From assembly GCA_963833425.1 (NCBI GenBank), contig CAWHXP010000007.1, forward strand, positions 64,001 to 128,000: a stretch of DNA of 64,000 nt, read 5' to 3'. The first letter of the stretch is position 1. Every line of letters begins with the position of its first letter. This document shows, piece by piece, positions 40,650 to 52,885 of this stretch. The position numbers and the translations under genes were made by a program. The DNA comes from an uncultured Methanosarcinaceae archaeon. GTDB lineage: Archaea; Halobacteriota; Methanosarcinia; Methanosarcinales; Methanosarcinaceae. The notes beneath the pieces are model-generated. The model was not told the DNA's origin, made no database searches, and was given only the letters and a program-made list of their open reading frames with translations.

Positions 40650-41963
40650 TCACACAATTCCAATCTTCCGCTTATCAATGACTTTTTTTGATTTTCCTTC
40701 TGAACGAGGCAAGGAACCAGATTCAATTAGTTCCACCTCGACCGCAAGATTAAGTGCACTTTTCAACGCCCCCGCGATTTTCTTTTTAAGAGTCATCATA
40801 TCTGACATGCGGTCACTAAAGGCAGACTCATGCATCTCTATTTGAACTTTGATGGAATCCAGAGGTCCGATCCTGTCTACAATTATCATGAAATGGTTCC
40901 CAACTTCAGGTATTTCCATAATGGCCGATTCGACCTGTCCAGGGAATACGTTAATTCCACGAACGATAATCATGTCGTCCGAACGTCCGCTTATGCGTGT
41001 AATCCTTGGATGGGTTCTTCCGCATCTGCAGGATTCTGAAAGCTTTCGAGTAAGATCTTTTACTTTGTAGCGAATAAGTGGTAGTGCTTCTTTAGTAAGC
41101 GTTGTTATTACGAGTTCTCCGTTTTCTCCATCAGGCACAGGCTCTTCGGTATCAGGGTTCAGGATCTCAACCAAAAATTTATCCGACCAAATATGAATTC
41201 CACACTGCTCCGCACATTCAGTAAAAAGCGGGCCACTCATTTCCGAAGTCCCATAAATATCATAAGCCTTAATCCCTGATTCATCTTCTATCCGTTTCTT
41301 GAGTTCCTCGGACCAGGGTTCTGCTCCGAAAAACCCCATTTTTAACTTCGTATCGTTCCTGACACTTATGCCTAAATTCTTTGCGGTTTCGATCAAATAT
41401 AAAAAGTAAGAAGGTGTGCAGGCTATGATAGTTGTTCCAAGGTCTCTCATCAGGTCAAGTTGGCGTTCAGTATTTCCAGAGCTTGTGGGTAGTACTGTTG
41501 CACCAATTTTTTCACTTCCGTAGTGAGCACCGAGTCCACCTGTGAAAAGCCCGTATCCGTAACTTACTTGAAGGATATCGTTTTTTCCCACACCAACAGA
41601 GGTAAATCCTCGTGCAAGGGATTCAGCCCATTCTTCAATATCTTTTTGTGTGTATCCTACTACTATTTGTTTCCCTGTCGTACCCGAAGAAGCGTGGAAG
41701 CGGACAAGTTTCGAGTTAGGGACGCAAAACATGCCTGTTGGATAGTTGTCTCTTAGATCCGTCTTAAATGTGAAGGGTAACTTTCTGACATCTTCAAGCG
41801 TTTGGACGTCTTCAGGCTTAATCCCATGTTCTTCAAATCTTTTTCTGTAGAAATGAGAGTGGTCATACACATAATGTACGAGTTCTTTCAACTTCCTTTC
41901 CTGTAGTTTTTTCAGATTCTCTACAGGCATCGTCTCGATTTCAGGATCCCAGTATTTTGGCAT
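40650..41963 (-). CDS. paaK: Phenylacetate--CoA ligase family protein
   Basis: HASSGTTGK, YGYGLFTGG, GAEPW, DIYGTSE and GRSDDMIIVRGINVFP; likely start MPKYWDPE. Confidence 0.92.
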   Translation of the reverse strand: MPKYWDPEIETMPVENLKKLQERKLKELVHYVYDHSHFYRKRFEEHGIKPEDVQTLEDVRKLPFTFKTDLRDNYPTGMFCVPNSKLVRFHASSGTTGKQIVVGYTQKDIEEWAESLARGFTSVGVGKNDILQVSYGYGLFTGGLGAHYGSEKIGATVLPTSSGNTERQLDLMRDLGTTIIACTPSYFLYLIETAKNLGISVRNDTKLKMGFFGAEPWSEELKKRIEDESGIKAYDIYGTSEMSGPLFTECAEQCGIHIWSDKFLVEILNPDTEEPVPDGENGELVITTLTKEALPLIRYKVKDLTRKLSESCRCGRTHPRITRISGRSDDMIIVRGINVFPGQVESAIMEIPEVGNHFMIIVDRIGPLDSIKVQIEMHESAFSDRMSDMMTLKKKIAGALKSALNLAVEVELIESGSLPRSEGKSKKVIDKRKIGIV

Positions 41964-42507
41964 TTTTTCACACTCTGAATGTCTCCTATTGAGAGCTTTG
42001 TGCTGAGTTACCAAAACCATAAACTCAGAAATATCTTTACATTTTTTTTCAAAAAATTGGTAAGTGCATATTCATCATATTTAATCAATTACTCCCCGTA
42101 TGAATTATTTGAGATTTACTCGCTTTTGAGCGATGCTCATCCCGGAATAAATTTATTCTTGGCTGGTATGGATTTTCGGCAAATGTGCCATAAGATTAAG
42201 CTTAATTCACTTCTAAATAATGTAGTTGTTAGGTCCAAAGGGCAGTTTTAGATAGATTGAAAATTTTTCGGATGAGAGCCAAAAATTATCTGATTAAATA
42301 TTAAGATACATTTTCAAATATGACACAATTTTATTTCTAATAATTATTACAAACAACTGAAAATACTTCTAAGCTATCTTGACTTTTATGTCAAATACCA
42401 ATGTAAATCTACTCGATTGCCCTTTAATTATGGCATTATCAGCAATTTGTTGAGGTACTAAGCAATGTTAGGATTATAAAATATTAAGTTAATTGTTTCA
42501 AAAAAAA

Positions 42508-43515
42508 TCATTCATCTCCAACTTCTTCTAGTTCATCTCCAATAAATGAATCTTTTGACGTTGCTCCAAGTGAAGCTTCAAGAATCTTCTTTGTTCGTTC
42601 TTTGCATTTTTTCAACACTTCTTTCATATCTGCAATGACATCGATTCCTGCAGCTCCTGAATGTCCACCACCGGTGCCGTTATATTCGTTGCTAATATCT
42701 TCCATTAACTGTCCAAGATTAACTCCTGCATTAACAGCTTCACGTTTTGCCCTAGAACTTATCCGGACGTTTTCACCTTTGGCTGTGCCAACAAAAGCGA
42801 TATCTGCACCGATATTTATGAGCATGGAAGATGCTGAGCCTCCGAAAGAACTAACATGTGAAGATGCAATTAGCATATCCTGCACTCTATCAAGTTCAAC
42901 ACGACTAGCTGCTTTCAGGATGGCAATACGCATAGATATATCCTGTGGGGTAACAGCCATAAGGTCCAGCACTTCTCCATACTCAACGCCGCTTGCCTTT
43001 ATAATTTTTGCTACTGTGCTGAATGTGTATTCTGAAGCATGTTTGAAATGTCCGGTATCTGTTACTATCCCTGTAAGCATCCCGATTCCCACGCGTCTGT
43101 TAATCGGTGCTCCCATTGCTTTCAAAATATCGTAAACTATTTCTACAGTTGATGTAGTGTTCCTGTGTAGGTAGAAGTCGGCATTTTCTGTCAGAGCAGT
43201 CGTTGTATGGTGATCGATGACGCAATAACTGCTAAGCTCTATATCATTCAATTGTGCTTTTGTCGAAGTGTCAACTACGACAACAAAACCGTAATTTTCA
43301 GGATTTGGTTTATCCACTACTTCTATTCCAAGTCTTTCTATCAGTACCGATGCTACACGGTTACAGCCATCTACAAGGCCGACAGTGCCCCCAATAGCTT
43401 CAGAAAGAGCAAAAGCACTGCTAATAGCATCCGGATCCGCATTCCGGTGACACAAATATAAAATATTCCGATAGTCAAGGAGCCGATTAAAAAACTCCTC
43501 TTCATTAACTTGCAT
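42508..43515 (-). CDS. DHH/DHHA1 family phosphoesterase
   Basis: HRNADPDA, VVVDT, IDHH, DTGHF and GGGHSGAAG. Confidence 0.93.
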   Translation of the reverse strand: MQVNEEEFFNRLLDYRNILYLCHRNADPDAISSAFALSEAIGGTVGLVDGCNRVASVLIERLGIEVVDKPNPENYGFVVVVDTSTKAQLNDIELSSYCVIDHHTTTALTENADFYLHRNTTSTVEIVYDILKAMGAPINRRVGIGMLTGIVTDTGHFKHASEYTFSTVAKIIKASGVEYGEVLDLMAVTPQDISMRIAILKAASRVELDRVQDMLIASSHVSSFGGSASSMLINIGADIAFVGTAKGENVRISSRAKREAVNAGVNLGQLMEDISNEYNGTGGGHSGAAGIDVIADMKEVLKKCKERTKKILEASLGATSKDSFIGDELEEVGDE

Positions 43516-43736
43516 TGTCCACTCTAAATGTCGTGTTATGGGCCTCGATATCCTCGGTCTATTATCCTCCGGGTTTCGGCATGACTTCTAATGAATCTAT
43601 ATATCTTATTTATATTCTACAAGTATAAAGTAATAAATAAAGAGAATTCGGATAACCTTCGATTTCGACAAATTTCTTATATGGTCGTTATAAGCAAGCA
43701 ACCAAGAAAATCAAAGCTTATCTGAATTCTCTCAAA

Positions 43737-44090
43737 TTATTGTGCCCTGGGACCCAAAGCATTCTGGATCTGTTCCTGAAGCTGTTTAAAGCGAGAAGTG
43801 AGCCTCTCTTCCTGCCTAGAAATTGACTGAAGCCTAAGTAAAAGGGTCTCTTCCCTCTCTTTAAGTTTCGAAATAGATTCTTGTTTACTCGTTTTAATTA
43901 ACAATTCTCCTACATTGCGATAAACTATAACATCTTCAGCCAGCTTTGCCAACTCGTCGAGAGCCATTTTAGACTCATTTTGCATGGCTTCAATTTTGGA
44001 TTTTTGCATAGCTAGGCCTTGAATCTGTTGCTGTAGCTGCTGTAATTGTGCTATCTGATTCTGAATTTGTGGAGGTAGTTCTGCAGTCAT
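43737..44090 (-). CDS. pfdB: Prefoldin beta subunit
   Basis: LPPQIQNQIAQLQQLQQQ coiled coil, VYRNVGELLIK. Confidence 0.95.
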   Translation of the reverse strand: MTAELPPQIQNQIAQLQQLQQQIQGLAMQKSKIEAMQNESKMALDELAKLAEDVIVYRNVGELLIKTSKQESISKLKEREETLLLRLQSISRQEERLTSRFKQLQEQIQNALGPRAQ

Positions 44091-44381
44091 GTAGTTTTCA
44101 CCTGAGTCCTCAATAAACCTAAAGGGATTTTAATGTTTCTGTTCTTCCGGTATCTGAAAAACCTATTTTTATAACATAAAGTTAATTTCTGATATTCTAT
44201 TAAGTGATTGATGTTTTCAAGATTGAGGTTCAATTTGAAGAAACTTTGAGTTTTTATTCATTGAAACATGTCTCTTTAGCTCACTGAGACATAGAGCAAA
44301 AAGGCTGAAAATAATATTATAAGGGTATCCCGAAATAACATTAAACAAATAATATGGAACGGTCATTATTTTTAGAAAATT

Positions 44382-45504
44382 TTGATAAACTTTTATGCTT
44401 GATTATTGGGTAGTTTAAATCTCTTAATATTGATTTGTTCTCATGAAAACTCTGACTAATTTTGCTCTTAAAGAAAAATATAAATGTCTTTAGTCAGGTG
44501 AAGACAAACTTGATGAAATTGATTAATTAATTGATTGAAATTTTTTCATATCAATTTGATTTCATACATTTGTAACAAAATAGTTTTGTTAGGCGGATAT
44601 GGAAATGACACAATTATTATGTCTAAAATACTTTTTTTACAGCAATTGCGTTGTCTTTCCGATTTTGCACTTAAGAAACAAATTATTGATTGAATTTTTT
44701 TAGAGAAATTTCTTGATTTCCCTGAATACATACTAGACGGTATTACAGTTTGGCCATTCAGAAAGAGAATTATTGATAAATGCAAAGAAAAAGAAATATG
44801 GGGGCAGCTAAAAAGTCAATTTAAGTACCTTGTTTTGAAAATAAAAAAGGTATTAATTCAGAACTCTACTTTATCGATTCAGATCCTGTATATGAAAAAT
44901 CGGATAAACCTCGAGTAAATGAAGCGAAAACAAGAGAAGAAGAGAAGGAGCCTGGACTAAAAACGTGATAATCCACACTTTAGATACAAACTTCATAGCA
45001 TAATAGTCCGGGATTATGAGCTAATCAGAAGATTCAAAATAACAACTAAATCATGTCATGGTTCAAAGGTAAATTTATCCGAAAAAAATGAAAGGTTTAC
45101 AGAGACAAAAGATGCTAAAAGCGAAATCAAAAGGTTATGATACAATGATGAAAAGAGCACTAAAAGAGTATCATTTGGGAAGGAGTGGTATATTATGAAA
45201 CAAGAGAATATCTTGAAAAAAGCTTTAGGGGAATGAATTTATTCAGTAGCTATAAATATTCAAAGCAGGAAAAGTTTTTGTCGCTAATGTTCAAAAAGTG
45301 GATCTAAAGATGGTGTGTACAGCTTTTTGTCATAATATCTATCATTTTATGACATTAAAAATAAAAGGAGTATTTTAAGGATATCGGGGACTAGCGTTGA
45401 AAATCAAAGAATAAAAAGCCAGATAAAAAAATCGAGTCAAACACAGAAAATTAGCGCGAAAGATTTAGGCAGGATTCATGCGGAGAAAAATATAAGTAAA
45501 TCGG
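44382..45504 (+). mobile_element. Heavily degraded family-B IS5 remnant, inverted twin of 38626-39748
   Basis: Same lesions as the twin; identical 79-aa shadow ORFs at 39345 (+) and 44546 (-). Confidence 0.88.
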
Positions 45505-46239
45505 CATCTTTTCTTGTAGTTCTACCAAAAAAAATTAAAGCATTGGTAAAACTATTCAGCCTGACCAAAAAAATACCATAGCCATCTTACCAAGGTTCAA
45601 CGTACAAGTTTCAGCGAGCTGATTTTATTTAGCTGTCAGCTAAAATATTGTTTTTCAGTTTTCCGTCAATGAATAATCAGAACCATTTGTTGCATCAAAA
45701 TATATTTCAGAAATTTTATTTTTTGTAGGTGATAAGTGATCAATAAGTTAATATTAATTAATCAACAGTATAATAATTATTGATATTGATGGGAGTTAAT
45801 TAAATTGTAATACTCATAGAATAAAATTAACACTTTATCATCAAGAATGATTTTATAATCACTTAACAAAATTTATTCACTGATCCAAAAATTAGAGATG
45901 AACATGGAAAGTACGGGAAAAAGCTGGAAAAAGATAGTATGAGAGAAATTTTTCAATTGCTTTCCGTGCTTTTCTTCGTTCAATTTTAAATTCTAAAAGC
46001 AGTGAGAACATGTGTGCACTTAATAATAAATCAATTTTTATAAAATATTTAAGTTTTATTTTTCATTAGAGGACTAAAAGTTGAAAAAGAAAATTTAGGA
46101 AATCTTGTAATAATTAAAATTCTTGTAATAATTAATAAATAATAATAAAAAATTAATGATTAATAATTATGCATGCTAATTTATAATGATATATCTTGAG
46201 ATCGATTTGAATCCCAACTAATGTGCAGGATGGCTGAAA

Positions 46240-47313
46240 ATGGAAAAAAGCGGAAACCTTAAAGAAATCAGATTTCTTCTTGAAAAATTCACAAATGCTC
46301 ATGGAATTTCAGGCTCTGAAGATAACATCCGTGATCTCCTTGAAATGGAGATAGAACCCTATGTAGACACTATCCGGAGAGATATCATGGGGAATGTTAT
46401 AGCTACCAAAAAAGGAGATAGACCTTCAGTAATGCTTGCTGCTCACATGGACGAAATCGGGCTCATGATCAAGTATATTGATGACAATGGATTTCTCCGT
46501 TTTGTTGAGATCGGAGGATGGTTTGACCAAACACTCCTCAGCCAGAGAGTTATAGTCCATGGCAAGAAAGGCCCAATTCCTGGTGTAATTGGTTCCAAGC
46601 CTCCCCATTTGATGAAAGAGGATGACAGGAAAAAGGCTGTTAAATTGGAGGATATGTTTATTGATATCGGTGCGAAGGACAGGGAGGATGCTGAAAACAT
46701 CGGAATCGAGATCGGTACGCCAGTTAGTATTGACCGGAAATTTATGTCTCTAGCAAACGGTAAGGTCACTTCAAAAGCTTTTGACGATCGTGTCGGGGTT
46801 GTAATTCTAATAGAGGTTATGAAACGGCTTTCTAAGCATAAAATTGAAGCAAATATCTATGCTGTAGGTACAGTTCAGGAGGAAGTAGGACTGAAGGGAG
46901 CTAAAACCTCTGCTTTTGGTCTCGTCCCTAATTTGGCCCTTGCTCTTGACACAACTGTCCCTGGAGATTATCCTGGCATCAGCAAAACCGATTCTTCCCT
47001 TGAAATCGGAAAAGGGCCTGTAATTACCGTCGCCGATGCGTCTGGGAGAGGTCTTATAGCCAATCCTCAGGTTCTTAAGTGGCTGAAGGAAACTGCTATC
47101 GAAAATAAAATTTTATATCAGTTGAATGTTGGTTCTGGGGGGACTACTGATGCTACAGCGATACACCTAACAAAAGAAGGCATTCCCACAAGCACTATTA
47201 GTATAGCCACCAGGTACGTCCATTCTCCAGTTGAGGTTCTGGATATCTTAGACGTAGAAGCAAGCGTCTTGTTGATTGTAAAAGCAATAGAAAATGTTAG
47301 CAGATATTTCTGA
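46240..47313 (+). CDS. M42 family (TET-like) metallo-aminopeptidase
   Basis: AAHMDEIG, KAFDDR, QEEVGLKGA, LDTT, GTTDA and RYVHSPVE. Confidence 0.94.
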   Translation: MEKSGNLKEIRFLLEKFTNAHGISGSEDNIRDLLEMEIEPYVDTIRRDIMGNVIATKKGDRPSVMLAAHMDEIGLMIKYIDDNGFLRFVEIGGWFDQTLLSQRVIVHGKKGPIPGVIGSKPPHLMKEDDRKKAVKLEDMFIDIGAKDREDAENIGIEIGTPVSIDRKFMSLANGKVTSKAFDDRVGVVILIEVMKRLSKHKIEANIYAVGTVQEEVGLKGAKTSAFGLVPNLALALDTTVPGDYPGISKTDSSLEIGKGPVITVADASGRGLIANPQVLKWLKETAIENKILYQLNVGSGGTTDATAIHLTKEGIPTSTISIATRYVHSPVEVLDILDVEASVLLIVKAIENVSRYF

Positions 47314-47315
47314 TC

Positions 47316-47452
47316 CACTCCCATAGATTTACACAAGAATGCCACCCACTTTCTCAGTATAAAAGTAGCTTAAAAATTAATCTAACCTTCAATGAATGAT
47401 CGTTGGTAAATAACCAAACAGATTGCACTTCTGTGTACATCTGAGATTGGAG
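47316..47452 (+). repeat. ~137-bp palindromic dispersed element directly after the M42 stop codon
   Basis: Ends ACTCCCATAGATTTACACAAGAATGC / GCACTTCTGTGTACATCTGAGATTGGAGT form imperfect inverted repeats. Confidence 0.65.
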
Positions 47453-48070
47453 TATCATTTTTGAAAACAAATCCTAAAATGAATTTTGAATTTATTTCGT
47501 TTGTTTTTTTATGGTAGATACCTTCGTGTCTCGGTATCATTGACAATAAACAGGTAGATGTTTTGTCAATGAATCCTGAAGAGAAGCTTAAAAGTCGCTA
47601 CCGATTCACCGATAGCAACATCACATTTTGAGTATTTAATTCAATTTTAAAGAGCTCTGAAATTCCATCACCTTCCCACAGAAACGTTGTCGTTGCTTTT
47701 CAAAAGTTATACAAAGTTTGAAAGCAAAGAAAAAAACTTTTATGATTGTCTAAACCACAAAATCTGTTTAGTATTTATGCCAATTTAAATCATCAATTCA
47801 TTGGGTAGCTAAGTATCCTGGGAGACCATTTTAAAATGAGTGATTAAATTCGTATTTGAGCCTTTTATGGCAATTCGCTAATTTTTTTTCAAAGTTTTTG
47901 AAAGCCAAAATTAGAACAGATTTTCTACTCAAAATTAAAACACAATAATGTTTAAGAAAGAGTCTGTTAGAAAATAATTTCATTTGTTTGAACTTTTTAT
48001 TTGAAGAGTTCTCTACTTGCTTTTAAGCTAACATCATATTTAAAGAGCCGATTTTGTCCTTGATCTATTA

Positions 48071-48159
48071 TTGAGGATTTCGAAGAGCCCTTAATTTTTC
48101 ATAAGCTTGTAAACATCGCATAAATAATTAGTGAAAATCGGCTCTTTAGAAATCTTCAA
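48071..48159. mobile_element. ~89-bp MITE-like element
   Basis: TTGAGGATTTCGAAGAGCC ... GGCTCTTTAGAAATCTTCAA inverted ends. Confidence 0.5.
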
Positions 48160-48199
48160 TTTGATGCAAATTATTTATATAACTTTTTTGTTTATATTG

Positions 48200-49036
48200 G
48201 AATTATTAATTTAATTTTAATCTCTTTATTTGATAATGAAATTTCCTTGTCCTAAGAGTTTCTCCTAATTTTCCTTTAACTACAGAAAATAAAGTCTCCA
48301 CAATATTTCTTTGATTATATTTAATTTCGTCACAGACCATTCAATTGCTTTCTGTATTTTCTTCCTTTTTCTCTCTCTTACAGGTATAATGAATCTGCTT
48401 TGATTTCTTCTCTAATTATGAATGTGTTTTTTCTGAATCGTATCCTATTACATAACAATCAGACTTTCTCATCTTATTTGGTTGCCTTATCAAAGCACTT
48501 GCGTGTTTCATTTCGTGGTCTGTTTTTTGACTAATTTTCCATCCCAATATTACCTTTTTACTTGTATCTACTAGTATCGAAGTTCTCAGGAAGCTTCTTC
48601 GAAGCTTCTCTGTTCTTCTGGAATAATAATAGCTTGCATATGAACTCGTAAATCCTGTTGCATCAATCGCTGCAACATAGACATTTTCTCCATATGAGTA
48701 AGAGTAAAAACAGCTTTAGAATCCTTGACAGAAGAAGATTAAACAGAGAAGAGGGAATACTAGTTAGAAACCTTTGAAGAGTAGTAAAATGTGGAATCTT
48801 ATCAAGAGCAAGTTTTTTTATATCGCTTATAAGGTCAATAAGTTCTACAAAATCTCGATAGTCTGTACTATATACTCTTTCAATAAAACCAGTACAAAAA
48901 GCTGATGCTGGGTATAAATGTGTTTTGATGACGTGCAGGAATAAAGCTTTAGTCTCGAAGACTGAATAGTTTCAAGGCTGGTATCAACTAATTTAATACA
49001 CTTACTAAAGTTCAATTATGAGCATTTCTCCAGAGC
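48200..49036 (-). mobile_element. Degraded IS5-like element (family A, copy 3)
   Basis: Collinear with 5990-6890 (GAACTCGTAAATCCTGTTGCATCAATCGCTGC etc.). Confidence 0.8.
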
Positions 49037-50133
49037 TATAATATCAGAGGTTCTGAAATTCTTCGTTTATTATAACATTAAGTAAATATAAATAAATAAT
49101 CCATTGACAAAGAAATTATTTTAATCCAATCAAAATTTTATTTTTTTGCATACTTGCCGGAGAAAATCTGCAGTCTTTTATCGCCTTTTTGCTTTTGTTT
49201 TAAAATGCATACTGTGCCATTTTCCGCTCTTTTTGTCAAGCATTCATTGAAGTTTTTTAGAGCAGATCTCTTAGATGCATGAAAACAAAAGATTAATTCT
49301 ACTGGAAATTTAATTCTGAAAAATCAACCACTTAATAACTGAAAACAGGATATTTTTACAAATCACCTATAAGTGAAAAACATAATTATTTTTAATTGAA
49401 ACAAAACTTCGAAATGAAAATGTATACTCTGTAGCAGAATTAATCTTTGCAGCAGATTGTATGAAAAGAAATTTGATGCGAGAAGAGCAATCAAGAGAAG
49501 ATTAATGAAATTTTTCAATGATCTAGCTCCTGGTAGATACGTCTCTTATTTTTGCATCCGCAAGGGGGAAAGCATTCATCTGAAGAATTGATTAGCCGTT
49601 GTCCAGATAGAACTGACAAGATGTCTCTCTTTCTGACAACCAAACGACTTGTAATATGCATCTGGATGTAATTCATCAGAGTAAATTTATTACCTCCCAT
49701 CAGATTACTGATCGCGGTTATATTCTAACTCTAAAAACTTCAGTACACTTTATGTGCAGAGAATTCCCCAAGTTTATCTGCAAGATGTGAAACAAAAGAG
49801 TGTCTGCACTTATAGGTGAAGACCATTTAGAATCTTCTCATTTCGGCAGCCCAAGGATAATTTGGGGCATTGGACAATATATAAATGTTATTGAACTCTA
49901 GGCAAAAAAATACGTCGAAGAAATCTCAATTAAATAATTGAAATAATTTTTTCATATTGAAGAGTAAGTTTCGGAGTGACGAAGCTCGAATGTTGATCAA
50001 CTTTGAAACTCATCAGGAGATAATTTAAATACTAACTGCGATATTTCAACTCTGTTAATGTAGTTCAGTAACAGGCTGTAAGTATTTTCTTATTGTAGTA
50101 TTAAATGATTGTAGCAAATAAGTGGTGACATTT

Positions 50134-50622
50134 ATGAAAAGAAGGGCCTGGAAATTCGGAGACAACGTGGATACAGATGCAATAATACCAGGAAGATACC
50201 TGGTTTTCAATGCCCCGGAAGATCTTGCAAAGTACACATTTGAAGGTGTACGCTCAGACTTTGCAAAAAATGTTCACGAGAATGATATCGTGGTCGCTGG
50301 AAGTAATTTTGGATGTGGGTCCTCTCGCGAGCATGCGCCCCTTGCTCTTAAAGGATTAAAGATAAACTGTGTGATTGCAAAGTCTTTTGCAAGGATTTTT
50401 TTCAGAAATTCGATAAATATCGGAGTTCCTGTCCTGGAATGCCAGGATACTGACAGAATCGATGACGGAGACGAGCTTGAGGCAAACCTTTCTACCGGAG
50501 TTATTGAAAACAAAACAAAGGGAGAAGCCTATCAGGCAACCCCACTACCGGATTTCGTTCGGGAGATTGTAGATGAGGGAGGGCTTGTGAAATATGCTAG
50601 AAAACTAGTCTCGAAGCACTAA
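50134..50622 (+). CDS. leuD: 3-isopropylmalate dehydratase small subunit
   Basis: [18 protein letters not shown] (hydrophobic substrate loop rather than the YLRT of homoaconitase), [20 protein letters not shown]. Confidence 0.85.
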   Translation: MKRRAWKFGDNVDTDAIIPGRYLVFNAPEDLAKYTFEGVRSDFAKNVHENDIVVAGSNFGCGSSREHAPLALKGLKINCVIAKSFARIFFRNSINIGVPVLECQDTDRIDDGDELEANLSTGVIENKTKGEAYQATPLPDFVREIVDEGGLVKYARKLVSKH

Positions 50623-50916
50623 GGAAAGAAAATCTAAATAAGCCGAGCTCATTAAACTTTGTTAATATATGTTTGAAAATAGATATTTTAATTCGAGAGA
50701 TATTTAAAATCGGGGACTGCTTGGAAAATAAAACATTATCAGTAGTCTACAGTTGAACAAACTAATCTCACATAAATTCACTTGCCAATATCATTAAATA
50801 TGATTATTGATTGTTTTTACCCAGGCTGGAAGGTCCTTAAGATAGAATATTTTCCTTGCTTAACAATTCGCAATGAAATCGGAAAGTTTGCCTGTAAATT
50901 TGAAAGGAGAATAAAT

Positions 50917-52044
50917 ATGACGCAGTATAAGATTCCGGTCCTCCCAGGTGACGGAATAGGACCAGAAATCATCTTCGAAGGCAGAAAAGTCATCGATGCA
51001 GCCGGCGAAAGATTTGGGTTTGATATAGAATGGATTGAATACCCGCATGGTGCGGATCATTACCTCGAAACAGGAGAATTAATTTCGGAAGAAACCTTAA
51101 AAGAATTATCCAGTTATTCTGCTATTTACCTAGGCTCCATTGGAGACCCGAGAATTGCCCCAGGAATTCTTGAGAAAGGAATCTTATTAACCGCCCGCTT
51201 TTTTTTTGATCAGTATGTTAACCTTCGCCCAATAAAGCTCCTCGACGGCGTCTGGACCCCGCTCAAAGACAAAACATCAAAAGATATCGACTTCGTGGTT
51301 GTCAGGGAAAACACAGAGGATTTCTACGTTGGAATAGGTGGCAGGGCAAAAAAAGGAGAGAGCAAAGATATTCTCGAAGTTAAAAGAACCCTTTACTCTG
51401 CAAAATTCGGCCTTGATATCGAGACTGACAGTGAAGAAATAGGGTATCAGATAGGCCTGATTTCTAAAGAAGGCACAAAAAGAGTCATAGAGTATGCCTT
51501 TTCCATTGCTGAAAATCGAAAGAAACATGTCTCTTCTGTGGACAAAGCAAATGTGCTTTCCGACATTTACGGCTTATGGAGAGAAGAATTCGACACAATA
51601 TCTGCAAAAAATCCATCCATTAAAACTGAGTTTAATTTCGTTGACTCCATCACCATGTGGTTCGTGAAAAATCCAGAATGGTTTGATGTAGTCGTAACCC
51701 CAAACATGTTCGGAGATATAATTACCGATCTAGGAGCAATAATTCAGGGCGGTCTCGGCCTCGCTCCCGGAGGGAACATAAACCCAAAAGGCACAAGTAT
51801 GTTTGAGCCCATCCATGGCTCTGCCCCGAAATATAAGAATCAGAATAAAGTCAACCCGATTGCAACAATTTGGGCAGGTGCTATGCTCATCGAACAACTA
51901 GGAGAAAAAGAAGCTTCAGACACAATAGTGAATGCAATCCAGGGAAACCTTCTTGATAGCGTCGTCAAAACTTATGATATGGGTGGTAAGAGCAGTACCT
52001 CAGATGTAGGGAGCGATATTGCAAGAAGAGTTATGGATAGTTAA
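50917..52044 (+). CDS. leuB: 3-isopropylmalate dehydrogenase (isocitrate/isopropylmalate dehydrogenase family)
   Basis: [50 protein letters not shown] before the ATG at 50917; adjacent to leuD. Confidence 0.8.
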   Translation: MTQYKIPVLPGDGIGPEIIFEGRKVIDAAGERFGFDIEWIEYPHGADHYLETGELISEETLKELSSYSAIYLGSIGDPRIAPGILEKGILLTARFFFDQYVNLRPIKLLDGVWTPLKDKTSKDIDFVVVRENTEDFYVGIGGRAKKGESKDILEVKRTLYSAKFGLDIETDSEEIGYQIGLISKEGTKRVIEYAFSIAENRKKHVSSVDKANVLSDIYGLWREEFDTISAKNPSIKTEFNFVDSITMWFVKNPEWFDVVVTPNMFGDIITDLGAIIQGGLGLAPGGNINPKGTSMFEPIHGSAPKYKNQNKVNPIATIWAGAMLIEQLGEKEASDTIVNAIQGNLLDSVVKTYDMGGKSSTSDVGSDIARRVMDS

Positions 52045-52351
52045 TTCAAATCTCTCTTTTTTTTACTTCTTATTTTTTACTGATTTTGTTTTTACCATCC
52101 AGTCTTTATTTTATTTTCCTACTTTTTTCTGTTATTTTTAGTCACTTTTACATGTAAATTCTATAAATAATTCGATAGCTTCTATGGAAATATTTATAGC
52201 TTTGCGGTTTGTTTATGAATTTAGAGTATTTCGATAAAACCCAGAATTTCACTATATGCCTATAAATGGCATATCAGTGACTCGTGAAAATCAGATTTTT
52301 GTCGAAATCCTTTCTAGTATCTTAATTATGCCAAAATTCGGGAGAAAAAGT

Positions 52352-52885
52352 GTGCAGTGTGCGTTATGTAGGAACAAGGATTGCCTAGAAGGAAAAAACT
52401 GTTCTGTTATTAAATCGGGGCTTAAATTTAGTGGCGATGATCTTAAAGCAGTAAAGATTTCCTCCTGGCTCGCTTCTTGTCGTGAGAAAAGGACAAAGCT
52501 GGAAGAGATTACGATTTATGCAAAAAAGTTGGGGTACAGAAGAATAGGACTTGCTTTTTGTATAGAATATGAAAGGGAAGCTAGGTTTGTTTATGATATT
52601 TTGTCAAGATATTTTGAAGTGTTTTCGATTTGCTGCAAGGTTTGTGGATTTGAAAAAGCCAAATTAGGAATCAGTGAATCAGTTGATTCAGAATTTGAAG
52701 TTGCCTGCAATCCTATAGGACAAGCTCTTCTTCTGAACGACGATTTTACTGATCTGAACCTTGTTCTCGGGCTCAAAACTGGCTATGATATTCTTTTTGC
52801 AAAATACTCTGACGTTCCTTCGATCCCCCTTCCTATTCAGGAATTACCTCAGTTCTGGGATTCTGGAATCGATATTATTGAATGA
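52352..52885 (+). CDS. DUF1847-domain (Cys-rich metal-binding) protein
   Basis: CALCRNKDC, TKLEE, RIGLAFC, CCKVCG and CNPIGQA; probable GTG start after GGGAG. Confidence 0.8.
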   Translation: MQCALCRNKDCLEGKNCSVIKSGLKFSGDDLKAVKISSWLASCREKRTKLEEITIYAKKLGYRRIGLAFCIEYEREARFVYDILSRYFEVFSICCKVCGFEKAKLGISESVDSEFEVACNPIGQALLLNDDFTDLNLVLGLKTGYDILFAKYSDVPSIPLPIQELPQFWDSGIDIIE

